From sequence record SRR20825006_727: DNA of 64,000 bases, one strand, 5' to 3'. Of this stretch, positions 30,203 through 40,893 are shown piece after piece. The notes under the pieces are model-generated. The model saw only the letters and a list, made by a program, of their open reading frames with translations, did not search any database and was not told where the DNA came from. Position numbers and translations under genes: made by a program. Each line of letters starts with the position of its first letter. The first letter of the stretch is position 1.

Positions 30203-30208
30203 CTGGAA

Positions 30209-32311
30209 TTAATGAATAATCACTCGAGTAGAGTAATCTTTATCTTCGAAATGAATGTTAACGATATAAACTCCTTTCGCTAATCCTTGTTGATCAAAGC
30301 TCCATGAATTTAATCCAAGTTTATGAGCAAACGTGCTAGTATGTACTGCCTTTCCAATCATATTTACGATTTCAATTTCAACCTCTCCGTCATAATCCGT
30401 TGCGAACTCAAGAATGAATTCTCCATCGTTTGGATTTGGAACGAGTTTAATTGATTTTTTAAAGGCAATATTCTCACCAATTCCAGCACACGATTTCACT
30501 ACTGCGTCAACCGCTACCATTGGACTTGCACATGAACTGTTCGATGTCAATATTTCCCAATTGTAAAAATAGTAGTAGTAAGATGCTCCTGCGGATGCTC
30601 CAATAATTGACATAATTCCTGGCTCAACGTATGGATATATTGCGCTGTTATTATTTCTGTAAAGTCCTCCTGAATTGATGTTAGTTCCAACAAGTCTCAA
30701 AGCTGAATCGGCAGGAACACTAAACCCTAAGTTTACAACATTTTGACCTGCAACCAACGTTACTGTAGTTGTCTCCAACATTGCTCCAGTGTTATCTTGC
30801 AGTTGAATTGTTACATCACCATTTCCTTGAGAATAAACCAATACTGATTCAAGTGTAAATGGAACTTCACTTGTGAAAATTTCATATTGTGTACTTGATA
30901 AAAATCCACCGCCACCTATGCCGTTTGTATAAGGTTCTGCGTTCAATGTATCAGCGTATGAATTGGTATTCTGTGCATAATAAGTAGTTGTTGTAGTGAG
31001 AACTGGTGTAGTATAAGAGTTTCCTGTTCCAACTAAAATTCCTTGGCTATCAAACCATGTTACCGTTCCTGTCCCTGTTCCTGTTAGTGTCATGGCACCA
31101 GAAACACACACGGAATCTCCATTAACCACTGGAGCGTCAGTTGAAATTAAGTTAACCTCAAACGGATCAGAAGTATTCACTCCGCAATAACTTGTCACTT
31201 CGCATGTATAAGATCCAGCGACTGTAGTTTGGATAGATTGAGTTGTTTCTCCATTTGACCATAGGTAGCTGCTTCCTCCAGATGCCGTAAGTTCAATTCC
31301 TTCTCCCGCACATAAATAATGTGAGTTATCCGATGTAATAAAAGGTGTTGACGGTGTTCCTGCTGGCAATTGTTGCGTTAAGGTAACTGGCACAGCCGTA
31401 TAATTGTTGTCGTCATTTTCCTCAATAAAAACCTCATTTCGGTCAATTTCAAGAACGATAAAGTAGTCACCGTTACATGTATTTGGTGGAACGTTAATCC
31501 ACATACCATCTAAGTGCTTTCCATATACATCTGTCCATCCTGAAGAGATTCCTTGTTCAACAACGGAACAGTTATAGTTTCCTCCACCCAAATTCCAGTT
31601 AGGAAAGTCAGCGTTCATTAAGAGATTTCCTCCTAAATAAACAGTATTGTCATCTCTACAGTGTCCGTAGTAAGTTGATCCAGAATTTGTACCACATTGA
31701 CCATAATCCATCAAACAAAATCCAATTTTTGCGCCAGTACCAACAATTGGCCAATTTCGTGGATCTGGATCCGCCGTTTGAACGCGTAATGTCATTACAG
31801 CCCAATCATCAACGTGATTGTGACCATGAGCAGGGTGATATGTCATACTTCCTACATACTGATCCACATAACTCATTGAATTACCATTCTTCTGATAAAT
31901 TCTCTGAATTAATAATTGCTTTGGATTCGCGTAACCATTTGGGCAGGTAAACTGACCTGAGGATGACACGCCAAAAACGGTATCATTCCCACATAAAAAT
32001 GTTCGCTCGTTGTTATCATCTAAGCCTCTTACGGTAAATGATCCGTGTCCAATATTTGGAGTTGATCCAGATACACGAATCCGTCCATCATCTGAACCTT
32101 GATTTGTGTAATTTTCACCTGCGCCAGTTTGAGGATACTCGATGTATCCATTATTGCTTATTCCAAGCCAGGATGCCGTAATATCGGGTAAAAGTAGACA
32201 ATCAGACGTGCCGTTTTCACAAACGCACGACGTCGCATTGGTTGTTGTACACTGAGCGCTGACGAGCTCGGTGGTAAAAAGTAGAATTCCGATAAGTAAT
32301 GTAGTTTTCAT
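30209..32311 (-). CDS. Lysyl-oxidase-like protein with Ig-like repeats and T9SS C-terminal domain
   Basis: LLPDI, NIGHG, YHPAHGHNH, AKIGFCLMD, QGISSGWTDVY, E.NDDNN; start MKTTLL. Confidence 0.8.
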   Translation of the reverse strand: MKTTLLIGILLFTTELVSAQCTTTNATSCVCENGTSDCLLLPDITASWLGISNNGYIEYPQTGAGENYTNQGSDDGRIRVSGSTPNIGHGSFTVRGLDDNNERTFLCGNDTVFGVSSSGQFTCPNGYANPKQLLIQRIYQKNGNSMSYVDQYVGSMTYHPAHGHNHVDDWAVMTLRVQTADPDPRNWPIVGTGAKIGFCLMDYGQCGTNSGSTYYGHCRDDNTVYLGGNLLMNADFPNWNLGGGNYNCSVVEQGISSGWTDVYGKHLDGMWINVPPNTCNGDYFIVLEIDRNEVFIEENDDNNYTAVPVTLTQQLPAGTPSTPFITSDNSHYLCAGEGIELTASGGSSYLWSNGETTQSIQTTVAGSYTCEVTSYCGVNTSDPFEVNLISTDAPVVNGDSVCVSGAMTLTGTGTGTVTWFDSQGILVGTGNSYTTPVLTTTTTYYAQNTNSYADTLNAEPYTNGIGGGGFLSSTQYEIFTSEVPFTLESVLVYSQGNGDVTIQLQDNTGAMLETTTVTLVAGQNVVNLGFSVPADSALRLVGTNINSGGLYRNNNSAIYPYVEPGIMSIIGASAGASYYYYFYNWEILTSNSSCASPMVAVDAVVKSCAGIGENIAFKKSIKLVPNPNDGEFILEFATDYDGEVEIEIVNMIGKAVHTSTFAHKLGLNSWSFDQQGLAKGVYIVNIHFEDKDYSTRVIIH

Positions 32312-32691
32312 AGCCAAGTTTTTCTGAACTACAAAATAGTAAAAAAAACCGTAAAATTCCATGCGAAAAAAAGCAGTAAAAATCCAAATCAAAACACTGA
32401 ATTACAATCAATTAAAGTCAAGTAGAGAGTTTTCCTAAATAAACCCAATGCGATTTAAAGGCTATTATTTCTGTGAAGAATACTCGACTTTGAACTTGAT
32501 CACTCAAATTAAAAATCAAAAAAAATAGAAACTATTTGATACATCACTTATATTCACATCAAGGACTTTCGGGATGAAACTAAATACACCAAGTCAAACT
32601 TACTTTTATATAATTGAACCAGTTATTGAAGGCTGAAAAAACATAATATTGATCTAACGTTGAACTGTAACAATCATTTACACTGTGCCTA

Positions 32692-33294
32692 ATGAAAAAG
32701 TTAATCCTAGGAATTGTCATACTTACCTCGATTATTATTCATTCGTGTGAATCCAAAAGCTCATCTCCTGAAAATAAAGAATGGAGTAAACTCAAATGTG
32801 GACTTTACATCAATTCCAATGGTGACGTAGGCTTCCCGAGCCAACCTGAAAGAGTTTTTACACCGAGAAGAATGGGATCTGAGGAATGTCCGAATATTTT
32901 TATTACAAAGTTCGGTACTTCCGAAGGCACCACACAACTTAAGGATATTGTAGACACTGCAACTTTTGAAGTTGTCGGTGCGGACTTTTACAAGGATAAA
33001 AACCACGTTTATTCCTATTCTGCCATGTGTGATGGAGGTTATTTGTATATTTTTTCAGACAAAACAGCCTCCTTTCATTTTCTGGGAGGACAATACATTA
33101 AATTTGAATCGAAAATATATCATTCTAGCTGGAAAGAATTGGATGCCGATTTGAAAACATTCAAAGTCTTTAACGAAATTGGAAACCTTGCAAAAGATAA
33201 GAATGGTTATTTCTATTTTTCGGAGCGCATGAATGAAGAAGAATTAAAAAAGGAGCTGGGAGCAGCACAATTCGAACGATTAAAAAAAATATAG
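32692..33294 (+). CDS. DKNYY-repeat lipoprotein
   Basis: IHSC lipobox; VDTATFEV..FYKDKNHVY and ADLKTFKV..AKDKNGYF repeats. Confidence 0.75.
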   Translation: MKKLILGIVILTSIIIHSCESKSSSPENKEWSKLKCGLYINSNGDVGFPSQPERVFTPRRMGSEECPNIFITKFGTSEGTTQLKDIVDTATFEVVGADFYKDKNHVYSYSAMCDGGYLYIFSDKTASFHFLGGQYIKFESKIYHSSWKELDADLKTFKVFNEIGNLAKDKNGYFYFSERMNEEELKKELGAAQFERLKKI

Positions 33295-33338
33295 TTAGAA
33301 AACGAACCTAAAAACCTATTAATCAACTCTTATCGATA

Positions 33339-34778
33339 ATGAAAATCAATCTCTTAATCACGCTTTTAATCTTTGCCTCCAGTTACAATGCAAATTCTCA
33401 AACAGCTCAGGAGTTGATGGATTCGAGCCAAGTAAATATCTTCGCGGGCAATTACAGCATAGCAATTTCCCAATTGGATGAAGTAATAAAATTGGATTCA
33501 TCTGAATTCGATGCATTCGTTCTAAGAGGTATTTCAGAGTCAGGTTTAGGTAACTTCGAAAAGGCGATTGCCGATTTTCAAAAAGCAAAATCGATAGACT
33601 CAACCGATGTTAATTCGTACGCCTATTGCGGAAAAACAAAATTTGATCAGGGAGATTTCCAGGGTGCGATATTAGAATTCACTAGTGCTATCAAGCGAGA
33701 TTCAACCTACATTGTAGCCTATAGTCAAAGAGGTGTAGCATTTTTACACACTCAACATTTCCAGCTTGCTTTAGAAGATTTCAATCGAGCATTGCTATTA
33801 TACAGTGAGAAAGAAAGATCCCCTCCTCTTTTATCGTATTACTTCAGAGGAGTCGCACATGAAGAATTAGGTAATCTCAATGAAGCGTTATCCGATTTCA
33901 ACATTTCTATTGAAATTGATTCGACCTATTTGTTAACCTATTATCAGCGTGGAATAATTCAAAATAAGCTGGAACAGTATGCACCTGCACTTTCCGATTT
34001 CAACAAGGTAATTGAAACCGAGATTACGGATAGTTCTGTTTTCTTCTACCGCGGAATGGCACACTATTATTTAAACAATTATATAGATGCCATTGAAGAC
34101 CTTAATCTGTCTATTCAACAAAGCTCTTCCCACTACGATGCCTATTATTATCGGGGCTTGACCCATTTAGGCATGAATAACAATGATGCAGCATTACTGG
34201 ATTTTAATCAAGTAATGAAACTATTTCCGGATTTTGAAGCAGGTCATTTTTACAGAGCGCTTGTTCACAAAAATTTACAGAATAATCAAGCCGCTATTGA
34301 AGATTTGAATGCAGCTGTAGCCATAAATCCTAGTCACTTTGGTTATTACTATAATCGAGGAAATGCTAAAATGGCATCAGACGATTTTCAAGGTGCGGAA
34401 GTAGATTTTTCACTAACAATAGCTTTGAATCCAGACTATCGTGGAATATATTTTCAAAGAGGAATTTCAAGGTACAGCGCAGCAAAATATGCCGAAGCTT
34501 TAGAAGATTTCAACTACGCACTAAAAGTAGAACCTGATGATATCGATCCATACTACTACCGTGCATTGACAAAGTTGAAGATTCAAGATTACGATGGAGC
34601 AATTGAAGATTTGGACATTATAGTAACTGAATATCCTAAATTCGCTGATTCTTACTATTACAGAGCGACAGCCAAAGTTGCGCTTAATCGAAGTGAAGAA
34701 GGCTGTGTTGATTACTACCGCGCCAAAGAGTTGGAATACAAAAATATTGAAGAAGATTTAAAAATGCTCTGCGACTGA
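33339..34778 (+). CDS. Exported tetratricopeptide-repeat protein
   Basis: Signal peptide plus roughly 12 34-aa repeats (YY.RG...A..DF..AI). Confidence 0.92.
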   Translation: MKINLLITLLIFASSYNANSQTAQELMDSSQVNIFAGNYSIAISQLDEVIKLDSSEFDAFVLRGISESGLGNFEKAIADFQKAKSIDSTDVNSYAYCGKTKFDQGDFQGAILEFTSAIKRDSTYIVAYSQRGVAFLHTQHFQLALEDFNRALLLYSEKERSPPLLSYYFRGVAHEELGNLNEALSDFNISIEIDSTYLLTYYQRGIIQNKLEQYAPALSDFNKVIETEITDSSVFFYRGMAHYYLNNYIDAIEDLNLSIQQSSSHYDAYYYRGLTHLGMNNNDAALLDFNQVMKLFPDFEAGHFYRALVHKNLQNNQAAIEDLNAAVAINPSHFGYYYNRGNAKMASDDFQGAEVDFSLTIALNPDYRGIYFQRGISRYSAAKYAEALEDFNYALKVEPDDIDPYYYRALTKLKIQDYDGAIEDLDIIVTEYPKFADSYYYRATAKVALNRSEEGCVDYYRAKELEYKNIEEDLKMLCD

Positions 34779-34827
34779 AACTAAATCAAAGAATGCACAC
34801 TGAATTTCAAATTAACTTGATTAAGGC

Positions 34828-35313
34828 ATGTACAAAAAAATGAAACCTGCACAACCAATTATTGTCATAGGAACAAGCGTTTTATTGATTCTCCTTGCCT
34901 TCTTTTTTCACGTTGATTTAATGGCTTTTTCATTGGCTCAATTTGAAGGAGTATCATTCAGCACTAACATATTTGGTTCCATTTCAACTCCTTTCACATT
35001 AATCGCTGCAATTGCTTCCATCCCGATTTTCTACTTCGTCATTCATCGAATATCAGCTATTAAAACGATTTCCCAAACCATCTTGTTTTTGTTGTTCACT
35101 ATCCTCTCTGGAATTCTATTTTGGATACTCAGATTGAACTACTTAACCAGAGTTATTCAACATTTTGAAATTGATCCTACTATTCAACAAACCGTGGATG
35201 CAAGTAAACTACAATTTGAGCTATTCTGTTGGGTCGGCTTTTTATTCGGTGCGCTCCTTTCTTTCGTAATTTTAAACCTTCTGAATCGCAACAAACTCGC
35301 CTATGATATTTGA
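34828..35313 (+). CDS. Hypothetical membrane protein
   Basis: About four hydrophobic segments. Confidence 0.7.
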   Translation: MYKKMKPAQPIIVIGTSVLLILLAFFFHVDLMAFSLAQFEGVSFSTNIFGSISTPFTLIAAIASIPIFYFVIHRISAIKTISQTILFLLFTILSGILFWILRLNYLTRVIQHFEIDPTIQQTVDASKLQFELFCWVGFLFGALLSFVILNLLNRNKLAYDI

Positions 35314-35809
35314 AACTGAACGCTTACGAATAAGACTGCTACTCGAAGAAGATCGAGAATTTTTCTATGACTTGATGAGCAACCCCAAAGTGATACATCC
35401 TATTCCGCGGGAGATAATGGATCGTAAAACAAGTGATGAGCATTTTGAAAAACATTTAAATGCGCTGAACATCTCTCCAACAAAAGTATGGGCAATAGAT
35501 TCTAAAAATGGAGACCAATTGATCGGAATTGCCGCTTTTCTCAAAAACGACAAGAATGAAGATGAGATTGGATATCGATTGCGAGAAAAATTCTGGGGAA
35601 TTGGATATGGAACGGAAATCGCGAAAGGATTGCTCGACTATGGGTTTATTCACTTAAAACTTGACCTGATAACGGCTGATGTGAACACTGAAAATGAACG
35701 ATCGGTTAAAATACTCGACAAGTTCTTTCACCGCGACTTCGAATTCTATAATCCAGCCGATAAATGCACCGATCGCAGATATAAGCGAACTCGACAAGAA
35801 TGGCTATAA
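35303..35809 (+). CDS. GNAT N-acetyltransferase (RimJ/RimL type)
   Basis: ETERLRIR, EIGYRL..FWGIGYGTE, N.RS.KIL.K. Confidence 0.9.
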   Translation: MIFETERLRIRLLLEEDREFFYDLMSNPKVIHPIPREIMDRKTSDEHFEKHLNALNISPTKVWAIDSKNGDQLIGIAAFLKNDKNEDEIGYRLREKFWGIGYGTEIAKGLLDYGFIHLKLDLITADVNTENERSVKILDKFFHRDFEFYNPADKCTDRRYKRTRQEWL

Positions 35810-35892
35810 TCATTTTTCCGATTTGAGATCTAAGCTTAATTCCATAAATTGGAATATCAAAATTATTGCCAGGATAAAGAAGTACACCGTAA

Positions 35893-36459
35893 ATGAAAGA
35901 GCAAATTAAGAGATATTTCAGTCGATATGTTGAGTTTTCAGATGCTGAAGTCGATGAGATTTATGCTCAACTGACCTTCAAAACAGTCGAAAAGAAAGGC
36001 TATATTCTGCGTGAAGGACAAGTTTGCAAACACAATTTCTTTATTCTAAACGGATTAGTTCGCTCGTTTCATATTGACACGAACGGGACTGAAAAAATAA
36101 CGCTTTTCGCTATTGAAAACTGGTGGGTAACAGAGATGGATAGTTTTATCAACCAAACTCCTTCCCTATCTTCCATCCAAGCGCTCGAGGAAACCGAACT
36201 CTTACTTATCAGCAAAGAAGATTTGGAAAAACTATACATTTCCATTCCCAAGCTCGAAAGGTTGTTCAGAATTATCACTGAAAATATGCTCATCGCTATC
36301 CAACGAAGGAACAACGTATATTTACAAATGAAAAGTAAAGATCGGTATGACGATTTAATTCATCACTTCCCCGATTTTAGTCAGCGCGTTCCACAATATA
36401 TGATCGCTTCGTATTTAGAAATCACCCCCGAATATTTAAGTGAACTAAGAAGAAAATAA
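35893..36459 (+). CDS. Crp/Fnr family transcriptional regulator
   Basis: cNMP-binding barrel; RVPQYMIASYLEITPEYLSELR HTH. Confidence 0.92.
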   Translation: MKEQIKRYFSRYVEFSDAEVDEIYAQLTFKTVEKKGYILREGQVCKHNFFILNGLVRSFHIDTNGTEKITLFAIENWWVTEMDSFINQTPSLSSIQALEETELLLISKEDLEKLYISIPKLERLFRIITENMLIAIQRRNNVYLQMKSKDRYDDLIHHFPDFSQRVPQYMIASYLEITPEYLSELRRK

Positions 36460-36472
36460 TTGATTTAGTTTC

Positions 36473-36516
36473 TTAAGATACCTTAATTTTTATCCACCCG
36501 CGACGGTCTAAGTTTG
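36473..36516 (+). promoter_or_regulatory. Palindromic operator plus -7 element for the AhpD-like gene
   Basis: TTAAG-ATAC-CTTAA (36473-36486); TAAGTTTG (36509-36516). Confidence 0.6.
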
Positions 36517-36539
36517 TTGCATAATAAAAAACAGATATT

Positions 36540-36989
36540 ATGGAACGAATTACATTTAGTCAGATCCCAAAAGGAATGGTAGAACGTCTAATGGCCATCG
36601 AAGCGTACATTAAAGCATCAAAATTAGACTTGCCGCTTTTAGAACTCATGCGTTTACGTGTCGCGCAAATTAACAAATGTGCATACTGTATCGACATGCA
36701 TTATAAGGAATTAAAGCACACAGGAGAAACCGAATTGCGGATGTCAACTGTGAGTGTTTGGAGAGAAACGTCGTTTTTCACAGAGAAAGAAAAAGCCGTT
36801 CTTCAATTTACAGAAGCACTCACCGAGATCAGCGAAAAGGAAATTTCAGATGATCTTTTCAACTCACTTTCAATCTTCTTCGATATAGAAGAAATTTGCG
36901 ACCTAACTTTTGCCATTTCTCAACTCAATACTTGGACAAGGCTCGTGCGAACATTCAAATTCACAGCAGGAAAGTACGAAGTGAAATAG
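36540..36989 (+). CDS. Carboxymuconolactone decarboxylase / AhpD-like protein
   Basis: ELMRLRVAQINKCAYCIDMH; WRE..FTEKEKA. Confidence 0.9.
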   Translation: MERITFSQIPKGMVERLMAIEAYIKASKLDLPLLELMRLRVAQINKCAYCIDMHYKELKHTGETELRMSTVSVWRETSFFTEKEKAVLQFTEALTEISEKEISDDLFNSLSIFFDIEEICDLTFAISQLNTWTRLVRTFKFTAGKYEVK

Positions 36990-37016
36990 CATTCAATTTC
37001 CTCAAATGCATCAAAG

Positions 37017-37053
37017 ACAAGGGCGTTTGAAAACACATCAAGCGCCCTTGTTT
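37017..37053 (+). terminator. Stem-loop / probable terminator
   Basis: ACAAGGGCGTTTGA ... TCAAGCGCCCTTGT inverted repeat. Confidence 0.6.
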
Positions 37054-37140
37054 CCAATATAATTGCTCGAATTAAACGTACATCTGAATAAAGAGGAAAT
37101 TAGCTACCTTTGGATATCCACCGATATTTTGAAAACATAG

Positions 37141-37719
37141 ATGACAACACAAATTTTGCAGAACATCCGTTCATTGGTTCAACTAAATGACGAAGAACAA
37201 GAGGCTTTTTTGCGAATTTTAGAGGTCAAAAAGTTTAATAAAAAAGAGCTTTTACTTCAGGAAGGACAAGTGTGTAACAAAGTTACTTATATAAACAGCG
37301 GCGTTGTTCGGTTATTCTATACCGTTGAAGGAGTCGAAAATACAATTCAATTCTTTTTTGGAGATCGTTGGTATACCGACTTTGCCAGTTTTTTGACCGG
37401 AACTCCAACTCTTGAGAACCTCCAAGCGCTTCAACCTTGCGAAGTTGTTCAAATAGAAAAGGAAGATCTTTATCGCTTATACGCTGATTATCCCGTTTTT
37501 GAAAAAGTCGGTAAAATTATGGCTGAAAATGCGTTTCTATCTGTTTCACTGCTCAATCAAATGCGCGCGAATATGGAGCCTGAACTTCGCTATTTAAACC
37601 TTTTAAAAGAACGCCCTGAACTGATGCAGCAAATTCCCCAACATTATGTTGCTTCGTATTTGGGAATAAAACCAGAATCTTTGAGTAGAATTAAAAAAAG
37701 AATTTTAGAATCAAAGTGA
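37141..37719 (+). CDS. Crp/Fnr family transcriptional regulator
   Basis: IPQHYVASYLGIKPESLSRIKK HTH. Confidence 0.92.
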   Translation: MTTQILQNIRSLVQLNDEEQEAFLRILEVKKFNKKELLLQEGQVCNKVTYINSGVVRLFYTVEGVENTIQFFFGDRWYTDFASFLTGTPTLENLQALQPCEVVQIEKEDLYRLYADYPVFEKVGKIMAENAFLSVSLLNQMRANMEPELRYLNLLKERPELMQQIPQHYVASYLGIKPESLSRIKKRILESK

Positions 37720-37796
37720 TTTCATAACTCAAGTCAACGTTTTTTAGTTTCTATCCCCTCATCTTTGCAGTGTTAAATAAATTAAACAGTGCAAAA

Positions 37797-38360
37797 ATGA
37801 AAATCTCCCAAATAGTTTTATTGTTTTCACTATTGTTTGTCAGTAGTCGAACATTTGCTCAATCCAGCGTCGATTCTCAAAAAAAATGGGGTCTTGAAAC
37901 GGAGCTCGTACAGCCTTTCATTCCAACCGTTGGGATTATCCGAATTACAGGAACCTGCACGATCACCTCATCCGAACGCAAAATGAAGGGCGATTTGCTG
38001 TTCGGTTTGTATCTCCGACCAAATGTTGAGCACGACGTGGTAGAAAAAATCAATGAATACATGTTGGTTTTAGGTTATCGACACTTTTTTTGGAAGGGCT
38101 TACATGTTGAAGCAAAATCAAATATGGGTTATGCGTGGGGTTCAGAAAACCTCATCGATGGTAAAGACTACGAAACTCCAACCTGGTTTTGGGAGGCAAA
38201 TGCAGGTTACAAATTCAATTTAACGAACAGAACCAAGAGTAACATATACGTCATTCCACAAATTGGAGGTCTTGGAAAAATTATCGCGGATATTGGCCCG
38301 CGTGGTGGTAAACCAGATAACTTCTTACAAGCCAATTTACTTATCGGAATTAATTTCTAA
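37797..38360 (+). CDS. Putative outer-membrane beta-barrel protein
   Basis: Signal peptide; terminal LLIGINF. Confidence 0.7.
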   Translation: MKISQIVLLFSLLFVSSRTFAQSSVDSQKKWGLETELVQPFIPTVGIIRITGTCTITSSERKMKGDLLFGLYLRPNVEHDVVEKINEYMLVLGYRHFFWKGLHVEAKSNMGYAWGSENLIDGKDYETPTWFWEANAGYKFNLTNRTKSNIYVIPQIGGLGKIIADIGPRGGKPDNFLQANLLIGINF

Positions 38361-38378
38361 ACTCAAAACTCACACATA

Positions 38379-39035
38379 ATGAAGATTATTTTTTCACTTG
38401 TAACATTCGTTACGATCAGCTCTGCTGTGTCCTTCGCTCAGACAGAAACAAAACAAGATTTTGCGTACAGCAACAAATTCAGTGTACTCTTTGGCATGAT
38501 TCAGCCCGCCGTTCTTCAAGGATTCAATGTTGAATTAAACTACGCAACCAAAAGAATGATTTTTGACTATTCTCACGGAATCTCCCTTGATCCACCAGCG
38601 GCAGGAGATTTTCAAACCCAAAAGTTAGCCTTGCACCTTCCCTATTCGACTGGTTTTGGCATTGGATATCGCATTTCATCGTACTTAGATGTCCGTTTCG
38701 AACCTAAACTGCACAGTTGGGAAATCTATCATGAAGGAGAAGTACAAAGGAATGAAACTAGAATTGCAGATTTTAAAACGTTCACACTGGGAATCGGCGT
38801 TTACTATCGTTACATGCCGTTTAAAAACAGTGAAAGCAAATTTCTACAAGGCATTACGACTAGCTCTAGTATTCGCTACTGGCAAAATGTCGGAACGACT
38901 TTAAAAAATGACGAGTTTTCATTTACCAATAAAGAGTCGAACGTTACCCAAACGATCAAAGCTCCGAATATTGGAATGGCGAATACACCGCTGATCATCA
39001 ATATAGGAATTGGTTATACTTTCGGCGGGAAATAG
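38379..39035 (+). CDS. Putative outer-membrane beta-barrel protein
   Basis: Signal peptide; terminal INIGIGYTF. Confidence 0.7.
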   Translation: MKIIFSLVTFVTISSAVSFAQTETKQDFAYSNKFSVLFGMIQPAVLQGFNVELNYATKRMIFDYSHGISLDPPAAGDFQTQKLALHLPYSTGFGIGYRISSYLDVRFEPKLHSWEIYHEGEVQRNETRIADFKTFTLGIGVYYRYMPFKNSESKFLQGITTSSSIRYWQNVGTTLKNDEFSFTNKESNVTQTIKAPNIGMANTPLIINIGIGYTFGGK

Positions 39036-39138
39036 CAAAATAGACGAATTGAAGTCGCTTTGAAACAAATTAATACATGTATATTGTAGATTGGAAATAC
39101 CCCTCAATAACCCGATAGAGCTCCAATTTCAGTAAAAA

Positions 39139-39639
39139 ATGAAGATAATTCTCGCATTATTTCTCCTCATACCAATAGCCGCTTTTTGTCAAGAAACAGA
39201 CGAAAACGACGATTATGTTTTAAAGGGAACCACAGTATTAAAATGGAGTGATAAATACCGCCAAACACTTTATCAATATGGCTATTACCTAGACGACATA
39301 AAATCAAGCGACTGTGAATCTCAAGGTGAAAGAATTGAAGAATTAAGTGATCTGGTAACTTCGATTCGACATACAGATTCAACCATAAACGTCACCATTA
39401 CGAAAATCGGTAACTGTACAGACCAATTCTTGGGCGAGATTGAAATCATTGATGATTCTATAATCAATTTAGTCACTCATGGATATGGCGGAAGATCAAC
39501 GTGTTTGTGTTGCTTTGGTTTAGAATTCATTATTAATATGGAAACCGTCGACAAAAAAATTAAGTTCGTCATGATTGATGGAAATCGGGAAACGATAATG
39601 GAAATGATTCCACAAACGCCTATTCGAGATAATCATTGA
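39139..39639 (+). CDS. Hypothetical exported protein (Cys-rich, CLCC)
   Basis: Signal peptide; GNC and STCLCCF. Confidence 0.7.
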   Translation: MKIILALFLLIPIAAFCQETDENDDYVLKGTTVLKWSDKYRQTLYQYGYYLDDIKSSDCESQGERIEELSDLVTSIRHTDSTINVTITKIGNCTDQFLGEIEIIDDSIINLVTHGYGGRSTCLCCFGLEFIINMETVDKKIKFVMIDGNRETIMEMIPQTPIRDNH

Positions 39640-39685
39640 ATCACAAGTTCTTATTTTCACATTAATAAAATTCGAAATCTAATTA

Positions 39686-40234
39686 ATGAACACTAAAAAA
39701 AACATTCTCGGAATCTGCGGAAGTGCCAGCCAGAACTCTGGAAACCTTTTGATTCTCAAATTCATTGCTGAATCGGAAAAACTAGATTTCAATGTTGAAA
39801 TAATAGATAACTTAACTGAACTTCCACATTTTAGAACGGAGTTAACCGACGCTAACGTTCCTGCGAAAATTAGTGAGTTCAGAGCGCAAATTGAAAATGC
39901 AGATGGCATCATCATTTGTACTCCAGAGTATGTTTTTAGTATCCCGAGTGGATTGAAAAATGCCATTGAATGGTGTGTATCAACAACTGTTTTCTCTGAC
40001 AAACCAATTGGACTCATTACTGCTTCGGCAAGTGGTGAAAAAGGACATGAAGAATTAAAATTGATCATGGAAACCGTTCAAACGAAATTTTCCGATGAAA
40101 CAGCCCTACTGATTCAAGGCATAAAAGGAAAAATAAATGCTGAAGGGGAAATTACCGATCTGCAGACGGAAAAAGCAATCCTAAAACTCATTCAATCCTT
40201 CAAAGGTTTATTGGAGAATTCAAACAACATCTAA
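39686..40234 (+). CDS. NADPH-dependent FMN reductase
   Basis: GICGSAS..S.N, ADGIIICTPEY..SIPSGLKNAIEW. Confidence 0.92.
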   Translation: MNTKKNILGICGSASQNSGNLLILKFIAESEKLDFNVEIIDNLTELPHFRTELTDANVPAKISEFRAQIENADGIIICTPEYVFSIPSGLKNAIEWCVSTTVFSDKPIGLITASASGEKGHEELKLIMETVQTKFSDETALLIQGIKGKINAEGEITDLQTEKAILKLIQSFKGLLENSNNI

Positions 40235-40771
40235 ATGAAACTACTCTTTCTCATATCGACAGCCTTCTTCCTTACGATAACACTTAGTTCTTGCAACCGA
40301 ATTAAGGATAAATCAGAAAAAGTAGTCGAAAGTATCACCACAAAAACCAAGAAAGTATTTGACGAACAAAGTCAAAAAGTCGTGGACAAAGTGTTTCCAA
40401 GATTCGACCATCATAAAGCCGACACTGAGAATAACAAGAAAAGGTTCACAGACTTCTTAAAAGTCGAAATAACACCTGACGTTAAGAACATCTATTGTTT
40501 CGATGACGCCATCGGGATTGACGCTGATTACATGTTCGCGTTTAATTGTTCGCCAACCACCTCAAAAAAAATAATCGAAGTACATAAGCTAACTGTCGAC
40601 TCCAAAAACGATGACAATGGATTTGGAATGCAGAACGACCTCGATTGGTGGGATAAAGAACGTATTGAAAAACTTCAAAAATATAGCTGGACAAACGAAA
40701 ATCAATACTTTAAATACTATTGGTATGACAGCGAGAATCAAAAAGCCTATTTCTTCGACTTTGATATGTAA
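40235..40771 (+). CDS. Hypothetical lipoprotein
   Basis: LSSC lipobox. Confidence 0.75.
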   Translation: MKLLFLISTAFFLTITLSSCNRIKDKSEKVVESITTKTKKVFDEQSQKVVDKVFPRFDHHKADTENNKKRFTDFLKVEITPDVKNIYCFDDAIGIDADYMFAFNCSPTTSKKIIEVHKLTVDSKNDDNGFGMQNDLDWWDKERIEKLQKYSWTNENQYFKYYWYDSENQKAYFFDFDM

Positions 40772-40893
40772 AAGAGGCTGTTCGTCACTGGATGATGAAC
40801 TGCCAAAAAAAACTAAATCTCCGCTGTAAAAAAAGAACTTATCAGCTTGAGTAGTATATTGAAACCAAAATTCCATCCGTTAAACCAATCCGA

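Noticed and set aside
33339-34778. TPR protein as the sensor for the caspase operon
   Set aside because: It has a signal peptide and lies more than 13 kb away
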